Source: Rickettsiales bacterium
Lineage (GTDB): Bacteria > Pseudomonadota > Alphaproteobacteria > Rickettsiales > JBIKYU01
Assembly (NCBI GenBank): GCA_044355085.1
Contig: JBIKYU010000001.1
Coordinates: 3,177-67,176 of the forward strand
DNA: 64,000 nucleotides
Direction: 5' to 3'
Both the position numbers and the translations under genes were made by a program. Every line of letters starts with the position of its first letter. Position 1 is the first letter of the stretch. This document shows, piece by piece, positions 37,047 through 46,478 of the stretch. The notes under the pieces were generated by a model that worked only from the letters and a program-made list of their open reading frames with translations, was not told the DNA's origin and ran no database searches.

Positions 37047-39032
37047 ATGTATTATTTTTTCCGCATTTCTTCTGCATTTTTAATCGCAACGCTGTTAGCA
37101 ATTTTATTTGCAGGCGATGCAAGCGCCGCGAATAATGCGAATAACAAGAGCAAAGCCAAAAAACAAGCGCGCCAGATTGAGTCTCCGTTTGCGCGAATTT
37201 CGGCGATGCAATCTTTCGCAACTCCCGCTTTAACGCAATGGTGGCGCTACCGCGATGGCGCTCCTGGAGCCACTTTCGAGGAAATTTCACGCTTCATTGA
37301 AAAACATCATGATTGGCCAGATCGCAATTTAATTCAGCGCCGCGCAGAAGAGGTAATCACGCCAAACACGCCAACAAAAATACTAGAAAATTTCTTTGCG
37401 AAATATCCCCCTGTAAGCCCTGCTGGGAAATATGTTTATGGCAAATTGTTATATCGTAACAATTCTGATTCAGCTCGTGCAGCAGATATTATTCGCGCCT
37501 CTTGGATTGATGGCAATTGGCGCGGCAACGAGCGCGACGCGTTTTTAGAAATGTGGGATGGCCGCTTACTGAGGCAAAAAGATCATCACGCACGCATTGA
37601 TCGTCTTTTGTGGGACAATCAATTTGAAGAAGCAAAATCGATGCTGTCTTTGGCCGAGCCCGACTATCGCCGTTTATATAATTTACGCATGCGCATGATG
37701 CGCAATTTCAACGGAAATCCTGATAGTTTGCTTAGCGAGCTTCCCGAGTCTTTGCGCGGAGATTACGGTTTGGCTTATGCCCGCGCGCAAATTTATGAAC
37801 GCATGCGCAGAGATCCTGTTTTGGCCAATATTTTGCCTGGACAGGAAAATGAGGCTCTTCCCCATGCCGATTCTTGGTGGGAGATCAAACGCCCGCTGAT
37901 TCGCAGATTAATTGAGCGCCAAGAAATAGATCTTGCTTATCGCGTTGCTTCAAGACACGGAGCAGAAGAGGAATCTTCTGAATTTGCTGAAGGAGAATGG
38001 CTGGCTGGCTGGATTGCGCTGCGTCTGCAGAATAATCCGCAAGCTGCGTACAAACATTTTTATCGCTTATTTCATGGGGTGAATTATCCAATCAGCCTTT
38101 CGCGTGCGGCCTATTGGGCCGCTTGCGCTGCGCGTGCAAATAATAACGCCGATATTGCACGCAATTGGCTGCGCGAAGCGGCGAATTATCCCGCGCATTT
38201 TTACGGACAGATTGCGCTTGAAACTTTGAATATTTCTCTGAGCGATTCTTTTCCGCAGAATAAAGATTTGGAATTAAGCGAAGCAAAAAATAAGTTGCAG
38301 AAAAACGCTCTTTTAGAATCAGCGCGCTTGCTTATGCGCGCACAGCAGCCTGCTCTTGCAAGAAAATTTATTCGCTCTGCAATTTCTGCTGCCTCCACAA
38401 GCGAGGAAATGCAAGCGATTGCGCATTATGGAAAAAAAATTGGTTATCCAATTTTAGCGGTTGAGGCCGCAAAAGAAGCGCTCAAGAAAAATGTTTGGCT
38501 GGTTCCTGCTGGCTATCCAATTATTGCTGGCCTGCCTGGTGGGCCGCTGAAATCCTCCTTCACACTTGGTGTGATTCGCCAAGAAAGCATGTTTGATCCA
38601 AACGCAACTAGCCCTGTTGGCGCCAAAGGTTTGATGCAATTAATGCCAGCGACTGCAACCAGCATCGCACGCAAAAATAGTATCAGCGCGCCACTGCAAA
38701 GGCTGCAGACTGATCCTTCATTGAATATGCGTGTTGGTTCTTTGTATTTAAATTCATTGCTGAATTTATTTGATGGTATACATCCGCTAGCGATTGCTGC
38801 TTATAACGGCGGCCAGGGAAATGTCCGCAAATGGCGAGCAAGCATCGGCCCCTACCCTAGCGACTCTTTAGAACAGGCACTTGATTGGATCGAGCAAATA
38901 CCTTTTTCAGAAACGCGCTCTTATGTACAACGCGTGCTTGAGCAATATATGATTTATAGTGCTATTGAAGGAAAGGATATTTCTTTGATAAATTTACTAG
39001 TTCCGCATAAAAAGACAGAAGAACAGCTCTAG
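37047..39032 (+). CDS. slt: soluble lytic murein transglycosylase (Slt70-like)
   Basis: A signal peptide, a long alpha-superhelical N-terminal region, and a C-terminal SLT domain: GVIRQESMFDPNATSPVGAKGLMQLMPATA...AAYNGG. Confidence 0.85.
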   Translation: MYYFFRISSAFLIATLLAILFAGDASAANNANNKSKAKKQARQIESPFARISAMQSFATPALTQWWRYRDGAPGATFEEISRFIEKHHDWPDRNLIQRRAEEVITPNTPTKILENFFAKYPPVSPAGKYVYGKLLYRNNSDSARAADIIRASWIDGNWRGNERDAFLEMWDGRLLRQKDHHARIDRLLWDNQFEEAKSMLSLAEPDYRRLYNLRMRMMRNFNGNPDSLLSELPESLRGDYGLAYARAQIYERMRRDPVLANILPGQENEALPHADSWWEIKRPLIRRLIERQEIDLAYRVASRHGAEEESSEFAEGEWLAGWIALRLQNNPQAAYKHFYRLFHGVNYPISLSRAAYWAACAARANNNADIARNWLREAANYPAHFYGQIALETLNISLSDSFPQNKDLELSEAKNKLQKNALLESARLLMRAQQPALARKFIRSAISAASTSEEMQAIAHYGKKIGYPILAVEAAKEALKKNVWLVPAGYPIIAGLPGGPLKSSFTLGVIRQESMFDPNATSPVGAKGLMQLMPATATSIARKNSISAPLQRLQTDPSLNMRVGSLYLNSLLNLFDGIHPLAIAAYNGGQGNVRKWRASIGPYPSDSLEQALDWIEQIPFSETRSYVQRVLEQYMIYSAIEGKDISLINLLVPHKKTEEQL

Positions 39033-39186
39033 CTTTTTTTTACCAATCTTGTTTTTATGTTAGATGAAATTAGGCAAATTGCATGATTGTTATTTTATAA
39101 CCAAATGCTTTTGGGATGCTTTTGTTTTACCACTAAATCTTTCGCAGATTTTATTTTTTAGAAGTTCTTTATTTAGGATTTTTGTA

Positions 39187-40263
39187 ATGGCTTTGTCTCG
39201 TATTTTTGCTCCGCTTGCTTCGGTTTTTTCATCAGTATATGCGCCGTTTCGCCTGCTTGCGCGCGATTCTGGAGTCTTGCTGCAGGGAGTTCCTGAATTA
39301 CTAAGACAGACTCGCATCAACATGAAAGATCTTCACGGTGCTAATCTGCGCCTGGCTAAGGAGCATTATTTTCGCGGTGAATATGATGATGCCTGGCTGC
39401 GCACAAGAATTGCTTTGTTGTTTAAACCACAATCAGTTGAAGGCTGGTACTGGTTTGGTTGTTGTTACCGCGCACTTGGTTCGAATCAAAAAGCTTTGGT
39501 GCAATGGCAACGCGTTTTAAGTAAGCAGCCCGATAATTTATCCGCGCAATATGAAATGGCAAAAATAGTTGCCCCCGCGCAATTGGTTGAAATACCTTCT
39601 GCTTGGCTTACTGAAAAAGCGGCATTGCAAGCAAAAGCAAAAGTCGAAGATGCTTGGCTTTCTAGCAATCACGCCTGGCCGCAAGCAATTGATATTTTGG
39701 TGCGAACCATTCCGCCACAACATGAAATAAATACCGTATGCGAAATCGATGCGGGCCGCGCCAGATTAGCGCCGAAGCTGCGGCTAAAATCTATTGGCCG
39801 TCTTTATTATGCTTATTGCTTTCATGAGCTTGAGCGAGAAGAGGCTCGCCAGGCCAAGCATCAGGAGCTTGCTGTATATGATCAAGTTACAGCGATGGAT
39901 GATTTATCGCCAGCACCAGCTTTTGATCTAATTATTAGCGCCACGCATTTTTTGCATGCGGCGAACCCAAGCTTTGCGCTTAAGAAACTATCGGCGCGCC
40001 TAGCCAATAATGGCTTTATCGCAGCAATTACATGCGAGCCGAAAGAAAGCTCCGAGAAAGCAACTTCTTTTCCACCCGCAAATTGGGTTGCATCTTCTGT
40101 TTGCGCTGGAGCTCATCTCAACACAAGCTGGGATGTTTTTGGGCATGAAAGCAAGTTATTAGAAGCAAGCAGCAGCTCTGCTTCTCTTCGCCTGACGGCA
40201 AAACTGCCTTTGGCTGAACCAGCTGGGGCTATTTATTTTCTCTCTGTTTGGCAAAAAATTTAG
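39187..40263 (+). CDS. TPR-repeat protein with a degenerate methyltransferase-like C-terminal half
   Basis: TPR-like segment (YFRGEYDDAWLRTRIALLFKPQSVEGWYWFGCCYRALGSNQKALVQWQRVLSKQPDN). Further downstream are EIDAGRA and DLIISATHFLH...LANNGFI, which resemble weak class I MTase motifs. The start is uncertain; the track uses 39064. Confidence 0.5.
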   Translation: MALSRIFAPLASVFSSVYAPFRLLARDSGVLLQGVPELLRQTRINMKDLHGANLRLAKEHYFRGEYDDAWLRTRIALLFKPQSVEGWYWFGCCYRALGSNQKALVQWQRVLSKQPDNLSAQYEMAKIVAPAQLVEIPSAWLTEKAALQAKAKVEDAWLSSNHAWPQAIDILVRTIPPQHEINTVCEIDAGRARLAPKLRLKSIGRLYYAYCFHELEREEARQAKHQELAVYDQVTAMDDLSPAPAFDLIISATHFLHAANPSFALKKLSARLANNGFIAAITCEPKESSEKATSFPPANWVASSVCAGAHLNTSWDVFGHESKLLEASSSSASLRLTAKLPLAEPAGAIYFLSVWQKI

Positions 40264-40585
40264 ACTAGGTGAGAGCCTGGATTTTTGCTAATAACGCCGA
40301 AAAACATAAGATTTTCCCGATTATTGCTATTTGAAAAAAGCTGTATTTATGAATTTGCATTTGCTTTTTTGGGGATTTACAGTTAGAAGCTCCTGGCTTT
40401 TCTTGGGGGAGTAGCAAGCGTTTTTAGAGAAAATTACGTGCTAATTTGTTTTTAATTTTGCTGATTCCGCCATTGATTGCCATCGCTTGAGGCTGATTAG
40501 AATATAGATTTTGCTTATTCTAGCTTTAGATTTTTTAGCTGGCGATGTCACCGATTTCAGCAACTCTGGTTTTGGCTTGGTGCTT

Positions 40586-41353
40586 ATGTTTTTTATGAAT
40601 AATCTGCGTCTTTCTGCAAGTGTTTTTGCTTTTGCAATCGCTGTTTTTATATTCAGCACAACACCGCTTTCTTCAGCGCAGGCTGCGCCGGTTTCTAAAG
40701 CCGAGAGCGATGAATATCTTGGGACAAGTGATCCGCTGGAGAGCTTCAACCGAAAAGTTTATGCTTTCAATCGCGAGATCGATATTTGGCTTCTTACTCC
40801 TGTGACAAAATTTTATCGCTATACCGTGCCTGAGCACGGCCGCAGAGGCATTCACAATTTTTTGAAAAATATTGCTTCTCCTGTCTATCTTTTAAACAAT
40901 GTTTTACAGGGAAATGTCGAAGGCAGCTTCACTGTTTTCTGGCGCTTCGTATTAAATACCAGCTTCGGAATCGGCGGTTTGGGCGACTTTGCCTCGCTTA
41001 GCGGCCTGCGCCCAGCCGAAAATGATTTTGGTCGCACAATTGGTGTTTGGGGAGTTTCAACTGGTCCTTACCTAGTTGTTCCAGTGTTAGGACCATTCAA
41101 CACGCGCGATTTAACTGGCTTTGCTGTTGATAGCCTAACATCACCAATAAATTACGCCAAAACAACTGTTGTTGTTACTCACTCAGCCCTTTATGGCTTA
41201 GATAAGCGCGAAGGGTTGATGGATGTAATTTACGATATCGAACATAGCGCGCTGGATCCTTATGTTGCATTTCGTAGTATGTATTTACAAAACCGGATAA
41301 AGGCTGTTAAGCGCAGCAAAGAAGCTGCTTATCGTTTGCCAAAATCAAAATAG
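40586..41353 (+). CDS. mlaA: MlaA/VacJ family lipoprotein
   Basis: DPLESFNRKVYAFNREID...TPVTKFYRYTVPEHGRRGIHNFLKNIASPVYLLNNVLQG is the VacJ signature. The start could be 40586 or 40595; the track uses 40511. Confidence 0.85.
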   Translation: MFFMNNLRLSASVFAFAIAVFIFSTTPLSSAQAAPVSKAESDEYLGTSDPLESFNRKVYAFNREIDIWLLTPVTKFYRYTVPEHGRRGIHNFLKNIASPVYLLNNVLQGNVEGSFTVFWRFVLNTSFGIGGLGDFASLSGLRPAENDFGRTIGVWGVSTGPYLVVPVLGPFNTRDLTGFAVDSLTSPINYAKTTVVVTHSALYGLDKREGLMDVIYDIEHSALDPYVAFRSMYLQNRIKAVKRSKEAAYRLPKSK

Positions 41354-41503
41354 TTTTGATGTTTTTGTTGAAGCAATCTCGATTTGTAATTAGGTGTTTT
41401 GCATCTGGATCGATTTGAAAAAATTGCTTTTTTGTAGTGCTAAAAAACGGTCTTTGCCAGTCAAAGCGCCTGAGTTTGCATCAGGGACATTATGGAGTGT
41501 TTA

Positions 41504-42124
41504 ATGACGAAAAATTTTAGGCCATTATTGGTTATGGTCTTTTTTATTCTTGCTTCTTCGACAAGCATGCTTGCTTTCGCAAAAAGCGCTCAACCAACCG
41601 ATGGTGAAGCATTTATTTCCGATCTAACCGCTAAAGTTTTAGCCATATCTGCTGATAAAACAAAAAGCGAAGCTTTGAAAGAAGCGGCTCTGGTTAATAT
41701 CATGGATGCAACATTAGATGTTGAGCGAATTGGAAGATTCGTGCTCGGAACACATTGGCGCAGTGCAACGCAATTACAGCGCGAACGCTATAGCAAAGCC
41801 TATCACCGCTATTTGGTAGAAACTTATATTCCAAAACTCCTGCGTAACAACTCTGCTAAAACCTCTATAAAACGCGTTGTTATTGATAGCCCAAGCGATC
41901 AAACAGTTGAAACCGAAGTCAACTCGGACGGTGAAATTTATATTCAAGTTGATTATAAAATTAGAAAAACCGCACCGAAGAATGAATTTAAAATTATTGA
42001 TGTTGTGGCGGAAGGCATTAGCCTTTCTTCGACACAGAGAGCTGATTTTGCTTCAATCATAGATCAGGAAGGCTTGGATGCGTTTATAACGCGCCTAGAA
42101 ATAAAAGCTTCTAGGGCACCCTAG
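41504..42124 (+). CDS. mlaC: phospholipid-binding protein MlaC (toluene tolerance Ttg2D family)
   Basis: A signal peptide, then RFVLGTHWRSATQLQRERYSKAYHRYLVETY. It is adjacent to mlaA. Confidence 0.8.
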   Translation: MTKNFRPLLVMVFFILASSTSMLAFAKSAQPTDGEAFISDLTAKVLAISADKTKSEALKEAALVNIMDATLDVERIGRFVLGTHWRSATQLQRERYSKAYHRYLVETYIPKLLRNNSAKTSIKRVVIDSPSDQTVETEVNSDGEIYIQVDYKIRKTAPKNEFKIIDVVAEGISLSSTQRADFASIIDQEGLDAFITRLEIKASRAP

Positions 42125-42136
42125 GGCCATTGCATT

Positions 42137-42931
42137 GTGAAAATTATCACCTGGAATATAAATTCTGTGCGCTTGCGCTTAGCGCTTATTGCTGATTTGG
42201 TGCGCAAGCATGACCCTGATGTTTTATGTCTGCAAGAAACCAAAGTTCAGGATGCTGATTTCCCGCTGGAAGCCTTGCGAAATATGGGCTTTACGCATTT
42301 GCATATTCGCGGAGAAAAATCTTATAACGGCATGTTGATTGCCACAAAACTTCCCTGCGTGCGTGAGAAAAATTTTAATGTGCCGCAATATTCTGATGCC
42401 CGCCACTTAGCAGTTCGTTTTGAAAATGGTATTTTATTACATAATCTCTATGTGCCTGCAGGCGGTGATATTCCTGATATAGAGGCCAATCCCAAATATG
42501 CTTACAAACTACAATTTGTTGATTGCTTTCGCCAATGGCTTACGAAAAATTATCGCTCTGATGGGCCCGCAATTTTGGTTGGAGATTTAAACATCGCGCC
42601 ATTTGAGCATGATGTTTGGTCACATACGCAGCTGCGTAATGTTGTCTCGCACACCGCAGCAGAAATTGAGCGGCTGCTGCAGCTGAAGCAAGAGTTTGGC
42701 TGGATTGACGTTGCCAGACATTTTATTCCAGAATCCGAGAAACTCTATTCCTGGTGGAGCTATAGAAATCGCGATTGGCGCGCATCAAATCGCGGGCGGC
42801 GCCTTGATCACATATGGGTGACAAAGCCTTTGACTGAGAAATTAGCGGAGTTTTCCATAGAAAAAGAAACGCGCGATTGGACACAAACTTCAGATCACGT
42901 GCCTGTTTCAGTAAGGCTGAATTTGCAGTAG
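42137..42931 (+). CDS. xthA: exodeoxyribonuclease III
   Basis: GTG start. KIITWNINSVRLR, VLCLQETK, GDLNIAP and SDHVPV. Confidence 0.92.
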   Translation: MKIITWNINSVRLRLALIADLVRKHDPDVLCLQETKVQDADFPLEALRNMGFTHLHIRGEKSYNGMLIATKLPCVREKNFNVPQYSDARHLAVRFENGILLHNLYVPAGGDIPDIEANPKYAYKLQFVDCFRQWLTKNYRSDGPAILVGDLNIAPFEHDVWSHTQLRNVVSHTAAEIERLLQLKQEFGWIDVARHFIPESEKLYSWWSYRNRDWRASNRGRRLDHIWVTKPLTEKLAEFSIEKETRDWTQTSDHVPVSVRLNLQ

Positions 42932-43596
42932 CGCTCGGCGGTTATGTCGCGTTTTTCAGCAAAGTCTTTGGGCATATAAACACTGTTTGCTTCGGTGTTT
43001 TTGGCAATATTTGCGCCCATGCCGATGAAATTATCAGCAGCGATTTTTATACCATGCGCAATGCTGCTATTCACGCCTAAAAAACTATGCGCGCCAATTG
43101 AGCATCCTCCAGAAATCACCACATGCGAGCTTAGAAAACAATGATCTTCGATAGTTGAATGATGGCCGATATGATTGCCGCTCCAAATAACAACATTATC
43201 ACCAATGCGAACAAATGGCTGGATTGTATTATTTTCAAAAACAAAAACATGCTCACCAAGTTCAACATTTGGCCAGACAAAAGCGCGGCTGCTAATATAG
43301 CTAGCCATGGTATAGCCCTTGGCTTTTGTGGCGGAGAAAAGCCTGGCGCGCACGCGGTTTAACTGCAGAAAAGTTATTGCTACATGCGCGTGATGTGTTT
43401 GAGGTGGATATAACTTATCCACATCTTCAAAGGCTATAACTGGCACTCCGCCTAGAACCGGCGCGGTTATAAAATCGCGCTCAACGGCGCAGGCGACAAC
43501 TTCATAAGGAGAATCTTGGCGGAAATATTCTACGGCGATTTCAGCAAAACCTGATGCGCCTATTAGCACTAGAGGATATTTTTTTTGTATAAGCAT
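42895..43596 (-). CDS. sugar O-acyltransferase, NeuD/PglD-like left-handed beta-helix family
   Basis: An N-terminal Rossmann-like LVLIGASGFAEIAVEYF, followed by hexapeptide repeats (IGDNVVIWSGNHIGHHSTIEDHCFLSSHVVISGGCSIGAHSFLGVNSSI). Confidence 0.75.
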   Translation of the reverse strand: MLIQKKYPLVLIGASGFAEIAVEYFRQDSPYEVVACAVERDFITAPVLGGVPVIAFEDVDKLYPPQTHHAHVAITFLQLNRVRARLFSATKAKGYTMASYISSRAFVWPNVELGEHVFVFENNTIQPFVRIGDNVVIWSGNHIGHHSTIEDHCFLSSHVVISGGCSIGAHSFLGVNSSIAHGIKIAADNFIGMGANIAKNTEANSVYMPKDFAEKRDITAERYCKFSLTETGT

Positions 43597-43667
43597 TGAT
43601 TACCTTTGCGGTTGCGTGATACCAAATTCAGGAATAACGCATATCTCGATTTTTAAGAAGGATTTTT

Positions 43668-44486
43668 ATGCCCGAATTACCAGAGGTGGAAACGGTTTGC
43701 CGAGGCCTGGCGCCGCAAATTGAAAATGTCTCGCTCACGCGCGTGATCGTTAGAAATGGCCGCCTGCGCATGCCAATTACAGAAGATTTTGCTGAATGTT
43801 TAGCTGGCGAGCGCTGGCTTTCAATTTCGCGGCGCGCAAAATATTTGCTGTTCTTAGGTGAGCGCCAAGTGATGATTGCACATTTAGGAATGAGCGGCGC
43901 GCTGAGAATTTTCCCATCGCCATATGAAGCAGTTAAACATGATCATGTTTTATTCGAGCTGTCTTCAGGGAAAACTCTGGCTTTCAGAGATCCCAGGCGT
44001 TTTGGTTTGCTTAGTTTATGTAACCATGAGGAAATTTCTACGCATCGTCTTTTTGCTAATTTAGGACCTGAGCCTTTTGCGAAGGATATTTCTGCGGATT
44101 TTTTATTGCAGCGCTTGGCGAAGAAAAAACAGCCGATAAAAATTGCGATTATGGATCAGTCATTAATTGTTGGTGTGGGAAATATTTATGCCTCAGAAGC
44201 CTTGTTTCGCGCACGAATTCATCCGCTGCGCGCAGCAGGAGAAATTACAAAAGAAGAAATGCAAAAATTGCTGACAGAAATTCGCTCGGTTCTCGCTGCA
44301 GCGATTGCTTCTGGCGGCTCAACATTACGTGATTATGTGCGATCTGATGGAGATCTTGGTTATTTTCAACATCATTTTGATGTTTACGGAAAAGCGCGAG
44401 AAGCTTGCGTTATCTGCGCTGCGCCGATAGAGGTAATTAGGCTTGGCGGACGTTCGAGTTTTTTCTGCAGCAATTGTCAAAAATAA
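43668..44486 (+). CDS. mutM: formamidopyrimidine-DNA glycosylase
   Basis: MPELPEVETVCRGL, an H2TH region, and a C-terminal zinc finger CVICAAPI...FFCSNCQ. Confidence 0.95.
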   Translation: MPELPEVETVCRGLAPQIENVSLTRVIVRNGRLRMPITEDFAECLAGERWLSISRRAKYLLFLGERQVMIAHLGMSGALRIFPSPYEAVKHDHVLFELSSGKTLAFRDPRRFGLLSLCNHEEISTHRLFANLGPEPFAKDISADFLLQRLAKKKQPIKIAIMDQSLIVGVGNIYASEALFRARIHPLRAAGEITKEEMQKLLTEIRSVLAAAIASGGSTLRDYVRSDGDLGYFQHHFDVYGKAREACVICAAPIEVIRLGGRSSFFCSNCQK

Positions 44487-44539
44487 TTAGCATGACACTT
44501 TTTGCCAGCAGAAATTTCATGCAAATAAATGGGGAATTT

Positions 44540-44950
44540 ATGCGCTTTCTTTTTGGGTTTTCTCTGCTGCTTTTGCTTTCTGGCTGCATTGTTACGACAA
44601 CTTCAGCAAGTGGCTCTTTGAATCGCGCGCATTTGATGGATCGTGTTTACAAAAGTGGTTTTGTGCCTGGAACCGAGGATATTCCTCTGCAGCGCGGCTT
44701 TAAGCTGATTGAAAACAGCGCCGTGGTTTACGACACACCAGCGGGGCGAATTGTGAAAGCGCAATATCAGAGCCAAATTTTTGCCGCAGACAAAATTATG
44801 GAATTTTATAACAGCGCACTGCATCAGCTGGGCTGGGTGGTAATTTCAGAAAATCGCTATCGGCGCAATCGAGAAAAACTTACCATCGATATTGCGCCAA
44901 ACGGCACGAATAATTTTGTTTATTTTACGCTTGAGCCTTTGGCTTCCTAA
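44540..44950 (+). CDS. hypothetical lipoprotein
   Basis: MRFLFGFSLLLLLSGC lipobox. GGGGAA (Shine-Dalgarno-like) lies upstream of ATG 44540. No family recognised. Confidence 0.55.
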   Translation: MRFLFGFSLLLLLSGCIVTTTSASGSLNRAHLMDRVYKSGFVPGTEDIPLQRGFKLIENSAVVYDTPAGRIVKAQYQSQIFAADKIMEFYNSALHQLGWVVISENRYRRNREKLTIDIAPNGTNNFVYFTLEPLAS

Positions 44951-44953
44951 AAT

Positions 44954-45319
44954 CTAACGTTCAACGCTATAGATAATTGCAACATTTTCTGCGTTTTTTA
45001 ATGCGCCTGGTTTTTCAATCGTGAGCGTTAAGGCAGAAATAATTTCGAAATAATCTAGTAGTTTTTTAGAAATAACTTCAGCAAATGATTCGAGCAAATC
45101 ATGATCGGCTGTTGCGCTGTATTCCTGAATTATTCTTGCAACTACATCGTAATCTAGCGTGTCATCAACAGCGTCGCTTTCTCCTGAAATAGCGTGCGCT
45201 AATTGTGCGTTAATTGATAAGCGCAAAAGGCGCGGACGCTTTTTTTCCCATTCATAAACGCCAACGCGGAGAAATATTTTCAAGCCAATAATATTTATGC
45301 TGAGAGATTTTTTTGTCAT
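44954..45319 (-). CDS. folB: 7,8-dihydroneopterin aldolase
   Basis: 121 aa with the pattern GVYEWEKKRPRLLRLSINAQL...DTLDYDVVARII...LLESFAEVISKKLL...TLTIEKPGAL. Confidence 0.85.
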   Translation of the reverse strand: MTKKSLSINIIGLKIFLRVGVYEWEKKRPRLLRLSINAQLAHAISGESDAVDDTLDYDVVARIIQEYSATADHDLLESFAEVISKKLLDYFEIISALTLTIEKPGALKNAENVAIIYSVER

Positions 45320-46047
45320 TGAAGCGCGGCCCCACCATCGACGAAAATATTTTGTCCAGTAACTGGCAGCGCCAATAATGAAAGAATTGCCTGAGCAATA
45401 TCCGCTGGCGTTGCAAGTTTTTTAAGCGGATTTTTGTTGGCTTTGCGCTGCATATATTCTTCCTCAAAGCCTGGGCCTGAGGGCAGTAAAATTCCTGGAG
45501 AAATCGCATTGACGGTAATATTTGGCGCCAACGCAACAGCGGCCATTTCCGTAAAAGAAGCGAGGAGTTTTTTGCTGAGAAGATAGGCAAAAAATGGCGT
45601 TTCATTATATTTTATGTGGCTATCGACAATATTTATAACGTGACCTTTTTCGACAATTTCAGCAAATTTTTGCGTGAGAAAAAATGGCGCAGTAAAGTTA
45701 GTTACGAGATGTTGTTCTAAGAAAGAAACGGTTGTTTCTTTAAAACTAGCGCGCTCAAAAACCGATGCGTTATTTATCAACAGACAAAGATGCGGAAACG
45801 CTTGCTTTACTTCACTTACAAGCGTTTTCACGCGCTCGATATCAAGCAAGTTCGCGGGGAAAATTTCTGCTCCCACGCCTGTTGCAATAATTTCCTGACG
45901 CAGCTCTTGTGCTTCTTGTTTGGAGTTGTGATAGCTAATGGCGATATCATAGCCAGCTTCTGCTAATTTCAGCGCAATAACTCGACCAACACGTTTAGCA
46001 GCGCCAGTGATTAGAGCAGCTTTTTTTATGTTTTTATATGCAGACAT
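45316..46047 (-). CDS. short-chain dehydrogenase, pteridine reductase (FolM/PTR1)-like
   Basis: ALITGAAKRVG cofactor motif, NNAS, and YLLSK (YxxxK). A 4-nt overlap with folB suggests a folate/pterin role. Confidence 0.75.
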   Translation of the reverse strand: MSAYKNIKKAALITGAAKRVGRVIALKLAEAGYDIAISYHNSKQEAQELRQEIIATGVGAEIFPANLLDIERVKTLVSEVKQAFPHLCLLINNASVFERASFKETTVSFLEQHLVTNFTAPFFLTQKFAEIVEKGHVINIVDSHIKYNETPFFAYLLSKKLLASFTEMAAVALAPNITVNAISPGILLPSGPGFEEEYMQRKANKNPLKKLATPADIAQAILSLLALPVTGQNIFVDGGAALQ

Positions 46048-46064
46048 TTTTGCCTCTCAACTGT

Positions 46065-46328
46065 TTAAGAAGCCGCGCTAAGCATTGCATCAAGCTTGCC
46101 TTCACGCTCTAGCGCATAAAGATCATCCGAGCCGCCGACATGTTGTCCGCCAATAAAAATTTGTGGAACTGTACGACGACCGCCTGCGCGCTTCATCATT
46201 TCTTCGCGCGCGGCATCGTCGCTGCTGACATCAATTTCACGATATGAAACTTCTTTTTGATTCAACAAAGTTTTAGCGCGCACGCAATAAGGGCAAACTT
46301 TTGTGGTATAAATTTCGACCGTCAGCAT
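46065..46328 (-). CDS. grxC: glutaredoxin 3
   Basis: VEIYTTKVCPYCVRAKTLL, TVPQIFIGGQHVGGSDDL. The start was moved to ATG 46328. Confidence 0.9.
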   Translation of the reverse strand: MLTVEIYTTKVCPYCVRAKTLLNQKEVSYREIDVSSDDAAREEMMKRAGGRRTVPQIFIGGQHVGGSDDLYALEREGKLDAMLSAAS

Positions 46329-46478
46329 AGAGAATTTCCTATAGAAAATAGAGAATGAGGGATATAAAGCCCATAACCAAAATGAGTTTTGGAACAGCAT
46401 AAAGCAGAGTAACGACTTCATGCCAAGAATATGTTTAATACCCTGTAATAGGGCAACTTAGCTTTTAAGCGATAAATT

